Shown here: positions 9,363 to 19,479 of the stretch, in pieces
Layout: every line of letters starts with the position of its first letter
Position numbering within the stretch: the stretch's first letter is position 1
DNA from: Thermodesulfobacteriota bacterium
Lineage (GTDB): Bacteria; Desulfobacterota; Binatia; Bin18
DNA: 64,000 nucleotides
Assembly: GCA_964291405.2 (NCBI GenBank)
Contig: OZ219926.1
Coordinates: forward strand, 224,001 to 288,000
Direction of reading: 5' to 3'
The notes under the pieces: model-generated
What the model saw: only the letters and a program-made list of their open reading frames with translations
Database searches by the model: none
Told to the model about the DNA's origin: nothing
Translations under genes and position numbers: made by a program

Positions 9363-9979
9363 AACTCAACCAGCCTCCCTTCCCTCCTATCGACGACGAC
9401 TTGGACGCAGAAGAGCAGCGTACGGCTGAAATCCTCAAAGAACTCGCCCAGCTCAACAACCCGACCTGCTTTCGCTGCTCGCGGTCTATCTGCTTCCACG
9501 AATATGTCCTGAGCGTCGTAACCGGCTTCAAGACAACGCCGCACTGTACCGCCTGCCTCGCCAGCGGCTTAGGACGTTCACCAGCAGATTTTGTGAGAGA
9601 CGCCTACGCCTATATTCGTCGCCAGACCTGTTACCGCAGCGGCTGGCGCTGGGCGAGCCAGCAGGAAAACCAACCCATTGAACAGCCCGCCTGTATCTGG
9701 CCCGCCATTCCCTCACAACTTCAGACTCACATGGCAACACCAACAACGGACATATCAGCCGACCCCAACGACACCTGGGACGCCGGAGATATGGCCTGCG
9801 GCGAGTTGGTTTTGAAGCTCCGCCTGCGTCTCAAGTCCATGCAACCAAGCCAGGTCCTGCTCCTCATCGCCCAAGACCCCGGCGCCCCCGCGGATATTCC
9901 CGCCTGGTGCAATCTCACCGGTCACCACCTCCTTTCGGCCGAACCTCCTCGGTATAAGATACAACGAAAAAATGGCTAA
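9359..9979 (+). CDS. TusA/SirA-family sulfur-carrier protein with an N-terminal Cys-rich domain
   Basis: C-terminal WDAGDMACGELV...LLLIAQDPGAPADIPAWC TusA fold; N-terminal CFRC...C...CTAC. Confidence 0.8.
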   Translation: MKLNQPPFPPIDDDLDAEEQRTAEILKELAQLNNPTCFRCSRSICFHEYVLSVVTGFKTTPHCTACLASGLGRSPADFVRDAYAYIRRQTCYRSGWRWASQQENQPIEQPACIWPAIPSQLQTHMATPTTDISADPNDTWDAGDMACGELVLKLRLRLKSMQPSQVLLLIAQDPGAPADIPAWCNLTGHHLLSAEPPRYKIQRKNG

Positions 9980-10123
9980 TCAGGGTTGGGCGGTGGCCCC
10001 GTAGGCCGGGTGGTGCTATTAACCGACTGTGGCTCGGTGTCCATGGCCTGCTCTGCCTCATAACGCAGAGCAGTCGCTCGCTGCGGGTGGCTGAACTCTA
10101 ACCTCGGTGAGCCGAAATGTGGC

Positions 10124-10612
10124 CTATCTGTACCGCCAAGCCCGTGGATCGTAAGCCTCGGCATGTCCCCACACGCCACGCCTTACCCTGCGCGCTTCGC
10201 GTTCTAGATGTTTGTACTGATCACCGTAAGCGGCGATTGCATGTCCGTTTCGGACGAGCCATTCACCGACGTCTTTACCGTTAAACAGTACGGTGCCAAT
10301 GACGCGATCGTATTTGTCGTATCCCTCGACTCTGACCTGGACGTTCTTACCGCTAATCGCTTGAATCAACGCACTCTTCACACGCATTCCTTGTTTGTAC
10401 CAGTAGCCGTGTTGGTGTTTTGCCCATTGATCCACCTCGGGCGCATCGAGACCACTGAGGCGTATGGTTTGTCCAGATACCCTTATCGTGTCACCATCGA
10501 TCACGAACGCCTTGCCGGTAATGGTGTCTCCGGGCCGTAATGTTGATAGGCCCTTGAAATAAAGGATTATTGCTACGATAGCCGCAATAACAACAATGGC
10601 GGCGTATTCCAT
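10124..10612 (-). CDS. Thermonuclease (SNase-like) family protein, membrane anchored
   Basis: N-terminal TM helix; VIDGDTI, IRLSGLDAPE, DKYDRVIG, WLVRNGHA motifs. Confidence 0.9.
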   Translation of the reverse strand: MEYAAIVVIAAIVAIILYFKGLSTLRPGDTITGKAFVIDGDTIRVSGQTIRLSGLDAPEVDQWAKHQHGYWYKQGMRVKSALIQAISGKNVQVRVEGYDKYDRVIGTVLFNGKDVGEWLVRNGHAIAAYGDQYKHLEREARRVRRGVWGHAEAYDPRAWRYR

Positions 10613-10686
10613 GGTTCGAGTTACTCGCCTTGTGCGGAATACGAGAGACAGCTGTTAATCGCCCCAGGGCTCAGGACGGAGGGACA

Positions 10687-10719
10687 CGAAGCAGGAGGAG
10701 TCAGGCTCCTCCTGCTTCG
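10687..10719 (-). terminator. Hairpin downstream of the LLM gene, probable terminator
   Basis: Perfect 14-bp stem CGAAGCAGGAGGAG-N5-CTCCTCCTGCTTCG, 20 nt after the stop; U-tract is weak. Confidence 0.6.
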
Positions 10720-10739
10720 CTAATGTTAATAGAGAAGAT

Positions 10740-11861
10740 TTACTTGCCAACCCGGGCTTCAGCAGCGGCCACATCGACCGGCGCTTTGGCTTGCGGGGTC
10801 CACTCGTGCATCATCGGACCGACTTCTTTGGCAAAGAGACGCATGCTGTCTTCGACTTGGTCAAAGGGCTGACTCTGGAAGCTGAAGCAACCGTTGACCT
10901 CAAATTCACCAATCTGGCCACGCCGCGTTTCCAGCTTCTCGATGATCATGTCTGGCGTGCCCCACAGATTGGCTGCCAGAAAGTCTTCCAGAATAGCCTC
11001 GTTGCCGGCTTCCTTCATCATCTTGGCCGCTTCGGCATAGTGGGCATAGGATTTGCCTGTCTGCGCGAAGTGGTCGCCCAGCATCTCGTAGTGCTCCATC
11101 ACGCTGAAGTAGTAGCCCACGATTTTTTCCCGCGCGATCTCTTCGGCCTTCTTGGCGTCGTGCGAGCAGACAACGAAGTCGGCGCAGTTCACCGGAGGGG
11201 CCTCTTCGCCGTTATTATACTGACGATATAGTTCACGGTAGTTGTGGATGCCGTCGGCAACTTTATCCCACGTCGTCTGAGAGAACATCATGGCACCCAG
11301 ACCGAGGCTGGCCGCGACCTCAAAAGACTCGGGCGACATGCACACCATATAGCGGCGATCTTTGAAGCTCTTGATCGGCCGGGGGCGCACCTCGATGCGA
11401 TGCTGCTTGTAGTACTTGGTGTCCGCTTCAACAAAGCCGTCTTCCAAGCCCTTCACGATAATTTCCGCGGCCTCGTTAAAACGGTCGCGTGCTTCACCCA
11501 TATCCACGCCAAAACCGGCATACTCACGACGAGCAAGGCCACGTCCAAGTCCGAGAACCGCCCGTCCGTCCGACAGGTGGTCGAGCAGGACCATCTTTTC
11601 CACTGCCCGCATAGGGTTGTTCCACGGCACGATAATAGCGCCAGTGGCCAATTCCAGTTTTTCCGTCCTGGCGGCGATATAGCTCAGATACTGCATGTTA
11701 TCCGGGCAAATAGAGTAGTCAAAAAAGTGATGCTCCACCGGCCACACGATATCGAACCCCATCTCCTCGGATTCAATCGCGAGGCGGGTTTCGTTTTTGT
11801 ACATCACCCGATCATCGTGCTCCTTATGGTTTTGAAGCACCATCTGAATACCAATGCGCAT
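10740..11861 (-). CDS. Luciferase-like (LLM class) flavin-dependent monooxygenase
   Basis: Start MRIGIQMVLQ after AAAGGAG; GFDIVWPVEHHF, LDHLSDGRAVLGLGRG, LWGTPD, SMRLFAKEV. Confidence 0.92.
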   Translation of the reverse strand: MRIGIQMVLQNHKEHDDRVMYKNETRLAIESEEMGFDIVWPVEHHFFDYSICPDNMQYLSYIAARTEKLELATGAIIVPWNNPMRAVEKMVLLDHLSDGRAVLGLGRGLARREYAGFGVDMGEARDRFNEAAEIIVKGLEDGFVEADTKYYKQHRIEVRPRPIKSFKDRRYMVCMSPESFEVAASLGLGAMMFSQTTWDKVADGIHNYRELYRQYNNGEEAPPVNCADFVVCSHDAKKAEEIAREKIVGYYFSVMEHYEMLGDHFAQTGKSYAHYAEAAKMMKEAGNEAILEDFLAANLWGTPDMIIEKLETRRGQIGEFEVNGCFSFQSQPFDQVEDSMRLFAKEVGPMMHEWTPQAKAPVDVAAAEARVGK

Positions 11862-12127
11862 ACTGACTCCTTTCTGGTCTGACCTCCGCGCATTGCATCC
11901 ATGCGGTTTGCACTCCGCTGGCTGTCGCTCTTCGTGCGCGAAGCCGTAAAGTTTTGATGACACTATCGAAATATCTGCCGGGCGACAAGACACGCCCTCA
12001 GATAAAGTTGTCACAGTGGACCTGCTCTTCCAATAGCTGATCGGCAGGACACCAGAAGTTTTGACTACAGGTTGTGCGCTAGAGTACTTCATGATGAGTA
12101 TTGAGCGCTCAAGGAAAGGAAGCCTCC

Positions 12128-13069
12128 ATGCCAGCGGTTAAAAAAAGAAAGCGGGCTGTTCAATCGCAAGACCTCGTCGGCGGAAAGCCGCCAACGGATT
12201 ACTCCATCTGGACCTTGGCCTATTGCCAGGCGGACATGCCGTATGATTTCTTCGGCGGTTCAGGATTGATGAGCAACCAGGGAACGATCCAGATTCCCAT
12301 GCTCTACACCGTTCTCGTCGGCGGGGCGCAAGGTCAGAAAAAACACGTAGTGCTGGTTGATGCCGGATTCGGCAACCAGGACTGGCTGTCGCGCTATCGC
12401 TTCTTTGGGTGGGAAGACCCCTCAACCGTACTGGCAAAAATCGGACTCACCCCGGCAGATGTGGATACCATTCTGGTAACGCATCTGCACTTTGATCATA
12501 TTGGCAATTTCTCGGCCTTTCCAAACGCGCACCTGTATATTCAACTGGACGAGTACATGGGCTGGCTGCGCACCCTGTCTTTGCCAAAAGACTTTGGTGG
12601 GGGAGAGAGAAGCTGGATTCTGTCCTCGCTTGACCCGCAGGATATTCATAATGTAGCGATAGCGATCAGTCAGGACAGGGCTACGTTGATTGAGGGAGAT
12701 GTCGAGGTCTTGCCCGGCATTACTGCGCACTTGGCCAAGGATTCCCATACCTTTGGCACGCAGTGGTTTGAAGTCCAAACCCGCAATGGTCTTTTTGCTA
12801 TCGCTGGTGATGCGGTGTATTGGTATTCAAATATCGAGAAGATGTGGCCGCCCGGCTATAATCAAGGCAATCCGTTTAACCAGCTCTTTACCTATGAGCG
12901 CATTCGCAAAACCTTGAGCCGCGAACTCGAACGCCTCATTCCCGGTCATGATCCCCTCGTCTGGCGGCATCACCGGACATGGACGACTGGTCCGAATGAA
13001 GTCGCCGAGGTGAACTTGGCCAGGGGCCAGCGGTCTCAAAAGCGTCTGAAGAAGAGTAGGAAAGCATAG
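12128..13069 (+). CDS. Metallo-beta-lactamase-fold hydrolase, N-acyl-homoserine lactonase family
   Basis: THLHFDH (HxHxDH), SHTFG, AGDAVY and PGHD metal ligands; ATG 12128 after AAGGAAG. Confidence 0.85.
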   Translation: MPAVKKRKRAVQSQDLVGGKPPTDYSIWTLAYCQADMPYDFFGGSGLMSNQGTIQIPMLYTVLVGGAQGQKKHVVLVDAGFGNQDWLSRYRFFGWEDPSTVLAKIGLTPADVDTILVTHLHFDHIGNFSAFPNAHLYIQLDEYMGWLRTLSLPKDFGGGERSWILSSLDPQDIHNVAIAISQDRATLIEGDVEVLPGITAHLAKDSHTFGTQWFEVQTRNGLFAIAGDAVYWYSNIEKMWPPGYNQGNPFNQLFTYERIRKTLSRELERLIPGHDPLVWRHHRTWTTGPNEVAEVNLARGQRSQKRLKKSRKA

Positions 13070-13130
13070 GTGCGACGGACCAGGGGCCCCGGGGAACTGG
13101 ACGAGGACGGGTAAAAAGGGTTCAGACCAA

Positions 13131-14861
13131 TCAGGCTGGCTCTTCGACACCGGCGTCATATTCTTCGGAAGAAGGTGGCTCGTCTTGGGTGACGCGCATC
13201 ACTTCCGACACCGTGGTAATGCCGGCGCGGACTTTGCGCCAGCCATCATCCCGGAGCGTGCGCATGCCATTCCCGACTGCGAACTCCTTCAGCACATCGG
13301 CTGATGAACGCTTCAAAATGAGCTGACGTAAGCCTTCGTCAACGAGCATGAGTTCGAAAATTCCCTTTCGGCCCCGGTAGCCGGTCATGGCACATTCTTC
13401 GCACTCCCCGGTCTCATACGAGAGCACGGGCTCAGGCGCATGACCATTCACTGGAAGCTCTAAGTGAGGGAGAGATTCCTGCCCACCGACCGGACGGCGA
13501 CACGCCGGACAAAGCTGTCTCACCAACCGCTGGGCCATTACACCAAGCAGGGATGAAGCCAGTAAATAATCTTCCACCCCCATTTCCAGGAGACGCGATA
13601 TCGCGCCAGCAGCGTCATTGGTATGCAAGGTCGAGAAGACCAGGTGGCCGGTCAAGGCGGACTGGATTGCGATTTCAGCCGTCTCATAATCGCGAATCTC
13701 ACCAATCATGATCACATCCGGGTCCTGACGAACAATGGAGCGCAGCCCGGCGGAAAAAGTCAGCCCGATTTGTGACTTGACATGAATCTGGTTGACGCCG
13801 TTGAGCTGGTATTCAACCGGATCTTCAATCGTAATAATTTTTTTCTCAGGCGAGTTGATTTTGTCCAGGGCACCATACAAGGTCGTTGTTTTGCCACTCC
13901 CGGTAGGGCCGGTGACCAGAATCATCCCGTGAGGTTGGAAAATGAGGTTTTCGAATGCGGACAAGGTATCTTCGGGAAAACCCAGCGACTCAAGGCTGAC
14001 GTCAATACTCGAGCGGTCGAGGATACGCAGCACAACGCTCTCGCCATACAGGGTCGGCAGGGTTGAAACACGCAGGTCTACCTCACGCCCCAACATCCGC
14101 AGCTTGATGCGCCCATCTTGCGGCAGGCGGCGTTCCGCAATATTGAGCTTGGCCATAAGCTTGACTCGCGAGATCAGAGCGGCTTGCAGTTTCCGGGGCG
14201 GCGCTTCGACATCGTGCAGAATACCGTCAATGCGGTAGCGCACACGGAGTTCCTTTTCAAACGGCTCGATATGAATATCCGACGCACGCTGCTCCATGGC
14301 CCGGGCGATAAGCATATTCACGAGTCGAATGACAGGGGCTTCACTCGCGAGGTCTCGCAGATGGGCTTCATCTTCTTGATCATCTTCCAGGTACTCGACC
14401 GTGCCGACCTCCTGACCGTCGGACGGACCGTCCGCTACCCCGTCGGCATAATAGGCATTCAAGGTCTCAAGAATATCGCGCTCACGCGCCAGGCGGGGTG
14501 CAAGACGCAGCTTCGTTGCCTTCTCCAGGGCCTCAATAACGTAGAAATCGCCAGGGTCAGCCATGGCAATAATCAGTCCGTCATCTTGGACCGCCAGGGG
14601 ACAGACCCGCGCTTGGCGAAGAAAATCGATCTTCATCTCGGACAAGGGGGGCGGCTGCTGCGGAAAGTCCCGCGCACTCATGAGGGGGGCATGATAGTAT
14701 TCAGCCAGGACCGGGAGAAGGTCATCTTCAGACATGAAGCCGAGCTCGACCAGTAAACGCTCAAGTGTTTCTCCGCGCTCTTGCTGCACGAGTTGAAGGC
14801 GGCGCAGATCATCCTGAGAGACTTTGCCACTCTCAAGCAACATGTCTTCGAGCCTTGGCAC
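13131..14861 (-). CDS. gspE: GspE/PilB-family secretion ATPase
   Basis: RASDIHIEP, ERRLPQDGR, Walker A GPTGSGKTT, RQDPDVIMIGEIRD, TGHLVFSTLH, CxxC pairs; likely GTG start at 14861 after GGAG. Confidence 0.88.
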   Translation of the reverse strand: MPRLEDMLLESGKVSQDDLRRLQLVQQERGETLERLLVELGFMSEDDLLPVLAEYYHAPLMSARDFPQQPPPLSEMKIDFLRQARVCPLAVQDDGLIIAMADPGDFYVIEALEKATKLRLAPRLARERDILETLNAYYADGVADGPSDGQEVGTVEYLEDDQEDEAHLRDLASEAPVIRLVNMLIARAMEQRASDIHIEPFEKELRVRYRIDGILHDVEAPPRKLQAALISRVKLMAKLNIAERRLPQDGRIKLRMLGREVDLRVSTLPTLYGESVVLRILDRSSIDVSLESLGFPEDTLSAFENLIFQPHGMILVTGPTGSGKTTTLYGALDKINSPEKKIITIEDPVEYQLNGVNQIHVKSQIGLTFSAGLRSIVRQDPDVIMIGEIRDYETAEIAIQSALTGHLVFSTLHTNDAAGAISRLLEMGVEDYLLASSLLGVMAQRLVRQLCPACRRPVGGQESLPHLELPVNGHAPEPVLSYETGECEECAMTGYRGRKGIFELMLVDEGLRQLILKRSSADVLKEFAVGNGMRTLRDDGWRKVRAGITTVSEVMRVTQDEPPSSEEYDAGVEEPA

Positions 14862-14940
14862 TCTGACTTCTCCAGATGGACGAAAAAACAAATGCGCCCT
14901 ACAAAATCCGTGGAAAGACTGGGCGTATTTACTTTTTATA

Positions 14941-15672
14941 CTAGTAAATAAACGCCCCGAGTCGCTCCCAACGCACCCAACGGTCCTGGCCGTCCCACGA
15001 CCAATATATCAGAAAAGCCTTGCCTTTCACGTCTTGCGTATCGACAAAGCCCCAGAAGCGGCTATCGTGACTGTGGTCCCGGTTATCCCCCATGACAAAT
15101 AATTTACCGGGTGGCACGACAACAGATTCATTGGACCTGTCAGGCAGCAGGGGCGGATAATTATCACGAGGACCGGGAATAATACGGTCAGGATTGGCAA
15201 AATGCGCATACGGACTCTCATCCGCTACGCCGTTGACAAAAAGCTTCTTATTGCGAATCCGCACCTCGTCACCGGCGACGGCAACGACCCGCTTGATAAA
15301 GTCTTTGGTTTCATCCTTTGGATAGACAAAAACAACAACGTCCCCCGGTTCTGGCCGAGTCCATTCGAACACCAGGGTTTCAAAGGGATACGGTAAGCGC
15401 AGCCCATAGGCAAACTTGCTGACCAGAATATGATCCCCAATTTGGAGCGTCGGCAGCATGGAGCCGGACGGAATCTTAAACGCCTGCACGACAAAACTCC
15501 GGATAAAAAGCGCCAGCACGAGGGCGAAGAGCAGGGCTTCGGCGTATTCGCGGACGGCGGATTTCTGTTTTTTGGAGATTGTCGACGTGGATAGCAGTCT
15601 GCCGCCTGTCTGCTGGTTCGCCAGACCGACAGAGCCTGCCGAGCCTGGGGCTGCTGTTTTTCCTCTGGTCAT
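14941..15672 (-). CDS. lepB: Signal peptidase I
   Basis: IPSGSMLPTL, DFIKRV, MGDNRDHSHDSRFWG; directly after lepA. Confidence 0.95.
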   Translation of the reverse strand: MTRGKTAAPGSAGSVGLANQQTGGRLLSTSTISKKQKSAVREYAEALLFALVLALFIRSFVVQAFKIPSGSMLPTLQIGDHILVSKFAYGLRLPYPFETLVFEWTRPEPGDVVVFVYPKDETKDFIKRVVAVAGDEVRIRNKKLFVNGVADESPYAHFANPDRIIPGPRDNYPPLLPDRSNESVVVPPGKLFVMGDNRDHSHDSRFWGFVDTQDVKGKAFLIYWSWDGQDRWVRWERLGAFIY

Positions 15673-15685
15673 GTCTGCTACTCTA

Positions 15686-17506
15686 CTAGCCTCGCCGCTG
15701 CGCCTCACCCTCGCTCACCTGAAGCAGCGCCAGGAATGCCTCTTGGGGAATTTCCACCCGCCCAACCTGTTTCATCCGGCGTTTTCCCTCTTTCTGTTTC
15801 TCTAGCAGCTTTCGTTTACGGGTTATATCCCCACCATAGCACTTGGAGGTAACGTTTTTGCGTAGAGCCTTCACAGTTTCTCGCGCGATCACTCGACTTC
15901 CGATGGCGGCCTGAACAGCCACCTCGAACATTTGGCGCGGAATCAGAGCACGCATTTTTTGCACGAGTTCGCGTCCACGGGTATACGCGTGATCGGCGTG
16001 GACGATCAGGGACAAGGCATCGACCATATCGCCATTAATACGGATATCAATCCTCACCAAGTTGGCCGGACGCATATCTAGAAACTCGTAATCAAACGAG
16101 GCATAGCCACGGCTGATCGATTTGATCCGGTCATAGAAATCAACCACAATCTCGTTGAGCGGCAGCTCATACTCTAAGGCGACGCGCGAAGCCCCCAGGT
16201 ATTTCATGGCACGTTGTTCTCCACGCCGTTCCTGACAGAGCCGCATGACATTGCCCACGTATTCTTCGGGCACATGAACACTCGCCAGGATAAAAGGCTC
16301 CTGGATGGACTCGATTTCCTGTACCAGCGGGAGCGAGGACGGATTCTCGACAAGTAGGATTTCCCCATCAAGCGTCAAGACTTGATATTCAACCGTTGGC
16401 GTGGTGGTAATTAAATCGAGGCCAAACTCTCGCTCCAAACGCTCCTGGACGATTTCCATATGGAGCAAACCCAGGAAACCGCAGCGAAAACCAAACCCAA
16501 GGGCCAGCGAGGTTTCTTTCTCGTACGAAAAGGCGGCATCATTCAAACGGAGCTTTTCGACCGCGTCGCGCAGCGCCTCGTAATGTTTCGATTCGACCGG
16601 ATACAAACCACTAAAAACCATAGGTTTCGCAGCTTTAAAGCCCGGCAACATGGCCGTAGTAGGACGTTGAGCGCCCGTAATCGTGTCACCGACACGGGCT
16701 TCGCGGACCTCTTTAATGCCGGCCATGAGAAAGCCCACTTCCCCTGGCCCGAGCGCTTTGACCGCTTGAGCGTGCGGAGCGAAAACCCCGACCTGTCCAA
16801 CCTCATATTCTTTACCGCTCGACATGAGCTGAATGGACATCCCAGGCCTCAGCACCCCATCGAACACCCGGACGAGCACAACAGCTCCCTGGTAGGGATC
16901 AAACCAGCTATCAAAAAGCAGCGCCTTGACCGGCGCACTAGGGTCTCCCTGAGGAGGAGGCATGAGCCGCAGGATACCCTCCAGCACATCAGCAATCCCT
17001 CTGCCCTCTTTTGCGCTGGTTAAGACCGCATCACTGCCATCCAGCCCGATGATGTCTTCAAGCTCTTGCCGAACGCGCTCGGGTTCGGCGCTGGGCAGAT
17101 CGATTTTGTTGATAACGGGAAAAATTTCGAGATGATGATCCAGCGCAAGATAGGTGTTGGCCAGCGTTTGCGCTTCGACCCCTTGGGTTGCGTCAACGAC
17201 CAGGATAGCCCCTTCGCAGGCGGATAAACTGCGTGAGACCTCATAGGCGAAATCAACATGACCGGGGGTATCAATCAGGTTCAGATAATATTCGGCACCG
17301 TCCTGTGCCTGATAGCGCAGGCGGACGGTTCGGGCTTTAATCGTAATGCCCCGCTCTTGCTCAAGCTCCATAGTGTCCAGAAATTGTGCCCCGCTTTCCC
17401 GCTCACTAATCGAGCCCGTCTGGGAGAGGAGTTGGTCGGCCAGTGTCGATTTACCATGATCGATATGGGCAATAATGCTAAAGTTTCGAATCTGTTCAAT
17501 ATTCAT
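15686..17506 (-). CDS. lepA: Elongation factor 4
   Basis: [19 protein letters not shown]; [21 protein letters not shown]. Confidence 0.98.
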   Translation of the reverse strand: MNIEQIRNFSIIAHIDHGKSTLADQLLSQTGSISERESGAQFLDTMELEQERGITIKARTVRLRYQAQDGAEYYLNLIDTPGHVDFAYEVSRSLSACEGAILVVDATQGVEAQTLANTYLALDHHLEIFPVINKIDLPSAEPERVRQELEDIIGLDGSDAVLTSAKEGRGIADVLEGILRLMPPPQGDPSAPVKALLFDSWFDPYQGAVVLVRVFDGVLRPGMSIQLMSSGKEYEVGQVGVFAPHAQAVKALGPGEVGFLMAGIKEVREARVGDTITGAQRPTTAMLPGFKAAKPMVFSGLYPVESKHYEALRDAVEKLRLNDAAFSYEKETSLALGFGFRCGFLGLLHMEIVQERLEREFGLDLITTTPTVEYQVLTLDGEILLVENPSSLPLVQEIESIQEPFILASVHVPEEYVGNVMRLCQERRGEQRAMKYLGASRVALEYELPLNEIVVDFYDRIKSISRGYASFDYEFLDMRPANLVRIDIRINGDMVDALSLIVHADHAYTRGRELVQKMRALIPRQMFEVAVQAAIGSRVIARETVKALRKNVTSKCYGGDITRKRKLLEKQKEGKRRMKQVGRVEIPQEAFLALLQVSEGEAQRRG

Positions 17507-18423
17507 ACCGATGTCCGCAGGGAGGCAACCGTTTTCTCAAGTCCGTCGGCAAGCCGTACCAGTGGCTTCCAGTTCAACGTGTCTGCGGCTCGGCTCCAAG
17601 ACAAGACACTGCGACGCTGTTCTCCTGGCTTGGCAGCACCGTGCTGCGCCCGATCGCGTGAGCCAGTTATCCGCTGTAAATGCTCGGCTAGCGTATTCAC
17701 CGTCGTCTCGAGGCCCGTGCCGATATTGATCGCACCGGTATAGTCGGCAGTCAGGGCCGCCAGGTTCGCCTGGGCCACATCATCCACAAACACATAGTCT
17801 CGCGTCTGCTGACCGTCGCCGTTAATCGTAATCGTCTCCCCCGCCAGTAGGCGCTGGGTAAAAATGGCCACCACACCGGCTTCGCCATGAGGGTCCTGCC
17901 TCGGCCCGTACACGTTCGCATAGCGCAGGCTCAGCGACGGGATACCGTACTCTCTCTGGTAAAAATACAGATACCGCTCTCCAGTTAGCTTACTGACGCC
18001 ATATGGACTAATCGGACGGGTGGTATGGTCTTCGGTTGCTGGAAAAGTGTCTTGTTCCCCATATACCGTCCCGCCGGAAGACGCAAAGATAATACGCTGG
18101 CACTGAGCCTGCTGCGCGCCTTCAAGAATATTGAGCAGTCCAAGAATATTCACCCGTGCATCAAATAGCGGATCGGCAACCGAGCGACGGACATCCATTT
18201 GCGCCGCGTGGTGGTTGACCACCTCAATGCGTTCGTCAACCATGAGCCGCCGCACTGCCGCATCGGTGATATCCACTTGGACAAAGTGCGCGTCGGATGG
18301 AACGTTAGTCTGCTTGCCGGTTGACAAGTCATCGACAATCCAGACTTCGTGGCCCACCCCGAGATAGATTTCCGCGACGTGAGAGCCGATAAAGCCTGCT
18401 CCTCCGGTTACCATTATCTTCAT
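17503..18423 (-). CDS. NAD-dependent epimerase/dehydratase (UDP-glucose 4-epimerase-like)
   Basis: [20 protein letters not shown] (YxxxK), [16 protein letters not shown]; start trimmed to ATG 18423. Confidence 0.9.
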   Translation of the reverse strand: MKIMVTGGAGFIGSHVAEIYLGVGHEVWIVDDLSTGKQTNVPSDAHFVQVDITDAAVRRLMVDERIEVVNHHAAQMDVRRSVADPLFDARVNILGLLNILEGAQQAQCQRIIFASSGGTVYGEQDTFPATEDHTTRPISPYGVSKLTGERYLYFYQREYGIPSLSLRYANVYGPRQDPHGEAGVVAIFTQRLLAGETITINGDGQQTRDYVFVDDVAQANLAALTADYTGAINIGTGLETTVNTLAEHLQRITGSRDRAQHGAAKPGEQRRSVLSWSRAADTLNWKPLVRLADGLEKTVASLRTSV

Positions 18424-18473
18424 GTACTGCGCCCTCTCCGGAGCCCTAGCGATACCTCTCTCCACTCTGGAAT

Positions 18474-19415
18474 CTAATGGACTTCCAGCTTTTCCTGGAA
18501 ATAGGCGATAGTTTTGCTCAATCCGTCTTCGAGGGAGACACGTGGCTCCCAATCTAATAGCTGGCGGGCCACACTCACATCGGGTTGGCGGACTTTCGGG
18601 TCATCTACCGGCAAAGGCTCAAACGCAATGGGGCTGGAACTCCCGGTCAGCCGGATGATCGTCTCGGCGAATTCCCGGACGGATAATTCGTGCGGATTCC
18701 CCAGATTCACGGGTTGGGTGCACCCTGAGCGAAGGAGGCGGACAATACCCTCGACTAAATCGTCCACAAAACAAAAACTCCGGGTTTGACTCCCGTCGCC
18801 ATACACCGTTAACGCTTCTCCTCGCAGCGCTTGGGTGATGAAATTAGGCACAACGCGGCCATCCCCAAGGCGCATACGTGGCCCATAGGTATTAAAAATA
18901 CGGACAATGCGGGTCGCCACGCCGTGACTGCGATGGTAGGCCATGGTCAGGGCTTCGGCAAACCGTTTTGCCTCGTCATACACGCCCCGCGGGCCGATCG
19001 GATTCACATTGCCCCAGTAATCTTCCGGCTGAGGATGGACGAGCGGGTCACCATAGACTTCGGAGGTCGAAGCGAGCAGAAAACGGGCGGCTTTCACCCG
19101 GGCCAACCCGAGTCCTTTATGTGTGCCGAGCGAGCCTACCTTCAGGGTCTGAATCGGCAGTTCAAGGTAATCGATCGGGCTCGCCGGCGAGGCAAAGTGG
19201 AGAATCGCATCAATATAGCCACTGACGTAAATATAGTTCGTCACATCCTGATGGACAAAGGAAAAGCGCGGGTTGACAAACAGATGCGCCACATTATCCA
19301 TATCGCCAGTAATGAGGTTGTCCAGACACACCACCTCATCCCCGTCGGCCAAGAAACGCTCACACAGATGCGAACCGATAAACCCGGCCCCTCCGGTGAT
19401 TAAGATGCGTGCGAT
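18474..19415 (-). CDS. UDP-glucuronic acid decarboxylase family protein (apparent ATC start)
   Basis: [34 protein letters not shown]. The Rossmann motif [16 protein letters not shown] lies upstream of the ORF-track start and begins at an ATC (19415) 7 nt after AAAGGAG. Confidence 0.88.
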   Translation of the reverse strand: MARILITGGAGFIGSHLCERFLADGDEVVCLDNLITGDMDNVAHLFVNPRFSFVHQDVTNYIYVSGYIDAILHFASPASPIDYLELPIQTLKVGSLGTHKGLGLARVKAARFLLASTSEVYGDPLVHPQPEDYWGNVNPIGPRGVYDEAKRFAEALTMAYHRSHGVATRIVRIFNTYGPRMRLGDGRVVPNFITQALRGEALTVYGDGSQTRSFCFVDDLVEGIVRLLRSGCTQPVNLGNPHELSVREFAETIIRLTGSSSPIAFEPLPVDDPKVRQPDVSVARQLLDWEPRVSLEDGLSKTIAYFQEKLEVH

Positions 19416-19479
19416 GACTCTTCTCCTTTCAATTCGTGCTTGGGTATCGACGCTCGGCAGCAGAGTAATCCGTCTTTAC

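Noticed and set aside
9976-10179. 67-aa minus-strand ORF after the nuclease
   Set aside because: It overlaps the nuclease 3' end, has no RBS or motif, and spans a hairpin-containing spacer.
11862-12092. 77-aa N-terminal extension of the LLM ORF
   Set aside because: A strong RBS and the family-typical start lie at 11861; the extension covers the divergent promoter region.
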